Source: Macrostomum lignano (taxonomy: Eukaryota). Taken from it: a stretch of DNA of 35,810 nucleotides. Every line of letters starts with the position of its first letter. Within the stretch, counting starts at the first letter, position 1. Made by a program: the position numbers and the translations under genes. The DNA is taken from contig NIVC01004758.1 of assembly GCA_002269645.1 (NCBI GenBank), forward strand, positions 1 through 35,810, written 5' to 3'. This document shows, piece by piece, positions 31,565-35,810 of this stretch. The notes under the pieces were generated by a model. The model saw nothing but the letters and a program-made list of their open reading frames with translations. It was not told the DNA's origin and did no database searches.

Positions 31565-33122
31565 CACTGTGTTCCAACTTATTATGCAAATCAGTTTTTT
31601 TTAATAATTTTTTCATGAAGCAGCAAAAGTCAGAATTTTTTAGCAGGAAATGTATTTCGTAACAATAAGACTAACCACCAAAACTGAATGAAATTGAACG
31701 CGTATTTTCAAAATGATAATCAAAAATTGACTTTTCTGCTGTTCCAGATAATTATGCAACTAGGAATAAAACATCGTCAGCATGAAATATTGATTGAAAA
31801 TCGGAGAATTTAGTCTCCCAAGCAGCAACACACAATTAATAGTTAATGCGGGCACCCTTCACTTGCAATATTTTTACCAAGCGACTGTCCATCGATGATG
31901 TCAGCTTCTTTACATGTGATTTAGGTATCTTGGACACTTCAGCTTGCACAGCAGCCCACAGATCATGCTTGGAATGATACTGCTTACCATTGCTGTACAA
32001 GCTACGCTTCAAAATGCTCCAAAGATTTTCAATTGGATTCAAATCCGGAGAATTCGAAGGCCAATCTATCAGCTTGTCGTCCTTGAACCCGAGGTCATTC
32101 AAGAAATTGGTCGTCAGCTTCGCAGCATGGGAGGGAGCATTGTCCTGCATGAAAGTCAGCTTCTTTCGGCGAGCTGCTGGCTGGCATCGCAGCCAGGGAA
32201 CAAAATTCAGCTGCAGCAACTGACGGTAAGCTTCACCCGTGACCTTGACGCCATCAGGAACACGGAATGGGCCAATGATGGTGTCGTTGACAATGCCAGC
32301 CCAGATCATGATGCCTCCACCGCCTTGCTGACGCCTCACGCGCTGCCCTGACACCTCGTCTCCAACCATCCAGCCTCTGGCCCAGCCATCAGGCCCATCC
32401 AAAGTGGCCCTGGTCTCATCTGTAAAAATGACTGAACTGAAGTCAGCCTTCAAATACTTCTGCGCCCAGCTGAGGCGCAGTTGGCGATGGCGAGAGGTCA
32501 GCATCGGCTTGGCAACAGCCTTGCGGCATTGAGTGATGGATGCAAGAGTGCGGCACGGCGTAGTTCTTGGCACATGGCCAAGATCCACTTGCTCAAAGAT
32601 GAACTTGCTGGTGGCCAATGGATGTTTAAGGATTTCTCTTTTGATTTCTTGAAGTTTTCGATTCGAAATGCCTCAAACACTAGTTTTGCGAGTCCGCTGC
32701 CTTGATTTGGTGACATCAGCCAAGAATTTCTTTACTGTACGATGATCTCTGCCAAGCTGCTTGGAGATAGACAAAGTAGTTTGGCCAGTTGCCAAAAGTT
32801 GCCCAATTTGAGATTTTTTCTTATCAGAGAGATCCTGGCGCTTGTCCATGGTTGATACACACAGAAAATTGTGAGAGAAATTCAGCTGCAGAACCACACA
32901 GTGAAATTCTGTGGCTTGCATAATAAGTTGGAACAGTGTAGCAGCTGTGTTGCGCAATGAAAGTTTGTTGGCACGTGCTAGCAAGAAGTTTAGTGATTGG
33001 CAGAGCTGCACAGAGTGTGTACTAGCTTGATGTACACCTGACACAAGCAGCAAGTCGCTGCGATCAATAATTTTAAAAATATTCAATTTATCTCTCTTTG
33101 CTTAATAACTTGGAACACAGTG
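31565..33122 (-). mobile_element. Tc1/mariner DNA transposon, DD37E type, 1558 bp, TA target duplication
   Basis: Ends CACTGTGTTCCAACTTATTATGCAAA / TTTGCTTAATAACTTGGAACACAGTG (24 of 26 matching), TA on both sides, and inner repeats at 31742 and 32916. Confidence 0.96.
31836..32849 (-). pseudogene. Tc1-like transposase, 337 codons, interrupted by one in-frame TGA at 32673-32675
   Basis: HTH start MDKRQDLS..., FTDE, QDNAPSH and SPDLNPIENLW; 37 residues separate the second D and the E. The two ORF-track pieces are in the same frame. Confidence 0.93.
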
Positions 33123-33222
33123 TAATGGATTGCTAATCTAGCCCATCAGGTACGAAGGAATATAATGGATTGCTAATCTAGCCAATCAGGTACGGATGAA
33201 TAGAAAGGATTGCTAATCTAAC
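33123..33222. repeat. 40-bp minisatellite, right part (resumes exactly after the transposon)
   Basis: About 2.5 units; removing the element restores GGAATA-TA-ATGG. Confidence 0.93.
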
Positions 33223-34377
33223 CAAAAATTTGCTGAAATGCATCCTGAAACTTTGTTGGTTCTTTACATTCTGTATCTCGCCACTGTCTTCTGCTTTGCA
33301 AAGGCGGTGTTTTATCCCCCAGCTAGTCCCCCAGTTGTATTCCCCCATTGGCATTCGTCTCATTTCGAAATCTAATTCCCTGCAGCTCCGGCCCCGTGTT
33401 TTATTCGCTTCATTGCTGCTATTAATTTTGTTATTCACGGCTAGAATTTAGCCAGAAAACTCCCCGTGTAGTTGTGCCTACTCATAGTAGACAGCGCGCG
33501 AAAATATCGCCTATTTGTGTTGCAATACGTGTGTGTCTGTGTATTTGGTCTCGCCCAATCCTATTTATACGGTAGTTTGTAATGCACCTGTACATGCGGT
33601 TTTATTTTCTCATCCTTCTATTTTTCTGCGAATTCCCGCCCTCGTCCGATACGTAAAAACTGCTTTGCCTGTTTGCTGCTAATGTTAACAAACCGTTTTT
33701 ATACACAATGATTGTTTTAAACGCGTTTTTTTATTACATCAAACTTCTGCTACTGTAAGTAGGCGCTGGCGGGCGCGCTTCGATTATTCTATAGTCCTAT
33801 AATTTATTAGTAATTAACTATTGTTAAATATTATTCAAACGGTTTTTCTGTTGTTACTTTCTACTATATTGTTGCACGCTACTTATTAACTACTGTAAGT
33901 AGCTTGCAATTCTAATTAAAAAAACAGCTTTGCTAGCTACTGCCTGCACGTGTCCTGCGGTTATCATAATATTTATTAATAATTTGTTTTCTAAATGTGT
34001 TGTGCGCTCCCTGTCGGAAATTGCTTTTTAACTTATTGCCCACTGATTAACTCGAGCGAATACCTGCATTGTTGAGCGAACGCTGAGTGTTAAACCACCT
34101 TCAAATTATATACGTTTAATAATGTGGGATGTTACCTGCGCTCTGGTCTGCACGTGAATTGAATCAACATAAACAAAGCATAAACTTGCTTTGAATGAGC
34201 AGATTTGATTTTAGACCCTTCTGTCTGTTTCGTTTGCAAATAAATAAGCTAATTTAATGCTGAGTTTGCGCAGGCACTCCAAATGTCCAATGGCAATTCA
34301 CCATCTTAACCGCCGCCTTTGTCTTTTGTGTTGCCTTTCTTCATTGTCTCATGGCCTGTCACTGACTGCGATCTTTT

Positions 34378-34610
34378 CCCTCCAACTGGTGTGTCACAGG
34401 CCCTCCAACTGGTGTGTCACTGGCCCTCCAACTGGTGTGTCACTGGCCCTCCAACTGGTGTGTCACTGGCCCTCCAACTGATGTGTCACTGGCCCTCCAA
34501 CTGGTGTGTCACTGGCCCTCCAACTGATGTGTCACAGGCCCTCCAACTGATGTGTCACAGGCCCTCCAACTGGTGTGTCACAGGCCCTCCAACTGGTGTG
34601 TCACAGGCCA
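34378..34610. repeat. 23-bp minisatellite GGCCCTCCAACTG(G/A)TGTGTCAC(T/A)
   Basis: About 10 units. Confidence 0.95.
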
Positions 34611-35810
34611 TTTGTCACTCGCAAATCCAATTCAGTGCAAAGTTGGAAGTCTGGGCAGTCGCGCCATATTCAGCACAAGTGAGTGCAGCGCATATTTGAA
34701 TTTATTAAAGCTATGTATTTTGGTTGCGGCAATGCTTGCGCTAGGCTGACTAATAAGGGACTGCGGCGTTACAACAAAATATGAAGCGAGTAAGCGGTTT
34801 CCTTGCCGCTGCGAGCCGTTCTTGTTGCCAGCCGGATATTGTCGGAGCTTTTCTAGGGGGCAAGCAATGACCGGAGATGCCAAAGGAAGCGCGCAAAGCC
34901 GCTAGTTAGCTGGGGGCTGTGAATAAAAACAAAAAAGTTGGGTGCCGTGTCGAGCAAATTAGAATATTGACTACTGCAATGCTGCAAGCAAATCGAGTGG
35001 CATATTGGTATAGTAGCAATTAATAAAGGGATCTACTTTGTTGAATAGTCTACATATCAGTGCAGATAGAAACGATGGATGCTGGCATTATGACTCGTGT
35101 GAACTCTCGAAGGCAGACAAGACACTGCAGAAAGCAGTTAAAATTAGTTTGAAGCGAGGAGGGCGTCTTCTACACTACATGAAGCGCAGAATGGGATTTC
35201 GCTATCACAAACCATCGGTTAGCCGTCCGCGTCTTTGTGGTTGATCCCCAGCTCTTTGTGTGCGCGCGACCCCCGGCAATTTTGATGGGGGCTGCAAATT
35301 AGCTCTAGATTTGCCCGATGAAGTCTTTGTCGCTTTTGCTTCAAGTGCGAGCTCATCAAAGAGCAGAGGGGCAAATTGCTTGTCCTCCGGCAGGCGGTCA
35401 AACAGCGCTGCGAAAGTCGGAGCAAAAGTGGAAGCCAAAAGTAGTCGGAAAGGATTAATGACAAAGAGTGGTTTGCACAAAGTGGTTGCACAAAGACCCG
35501 CCACAGCCTTCGAGTCGTGGGCTGTCTCCTTATACTCGCCAGCTTAGACTAAAGAGGGCGCGAAATCAAACAGTCGATTCAAATATTTTTTGCTAAACTT
35601 TTGCTACAGTTAATAGCACGAGTCACACTTGCCTGTCTTACTACTGGTTAGTAAACTCCAGTAGGGTGGAGCGAACAGTCTATGCAGATTTTTACACTAT
35701 AAAAAGTTTGCAGAGGAAGCAATGCCAGATTCGAAAGGGAACAACAGACCGACCAACAACTGGTGCGCGAAGGCGAGGGAGCTGGACCGACTCCGAGCAG
35801 CATCGGACTG

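Noticed and set aside
32673-32675. Programmed readthrough or selenocysteine at the transposase TGA
   Set aside because: No supporting signal was seen; a simple CGA-to-TGA change is sufficient.
34632-35547. Several 65-99 aa ORFs at the right end
   Set aside because: No motif, no consistent codon bias and no convincing splice pairing were found.

Overview
Eukaryotic, animal-type genomic DNA: GT-AG spliced genes, GC3-rich exons, TTAGGG tracts and minisatellite-filled introns. The style is reminiscent of an invertebrate such as a macrostomid flatworm, but that is inference only. All alignments and counts were made by eye. Genes: (i) an isolated minus-strand exon with a periplasmic-binding-protein-like motif (2645-2934); (ii) a complete 6-exon SGF29/CCDC101 gene (minus, 12316 to 5381, 281 aa); (iii) a single-exon shugoshin CDS (18828-21092) with a coding (QDKPQQQQ)x15 minisatellite; (iv) a 3-exon MKK4/MAP2K4 gene with two apparent 1-bp deletions; (v) a 3-exon ATRX-type ADD-domain gene that seems to lack the SNF2 helicase and has one apparent 1-bp deletion. 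Mobile DNA: a near-intact DD37E Tc1-like transposon (31565-33122, TA duplication, one nonsense codon), a deleted Merlin/IS1595-type element, a Mutator-like foldback element with a 10-bp target duplication, a decayed mariner fragment and two tRNA-headed SINE-like sequences. About 20 different tandem-repeat arrays are present. The most striking unexplained structure is the 6.4-kb divergent interval between SGF29 and shugoshin. It is AT-rich and strongly CpG-depleted except for a central CpG patch, and it carries eight copies of the palindrome TAGGCCTA that I did not see elsewhere in the window.
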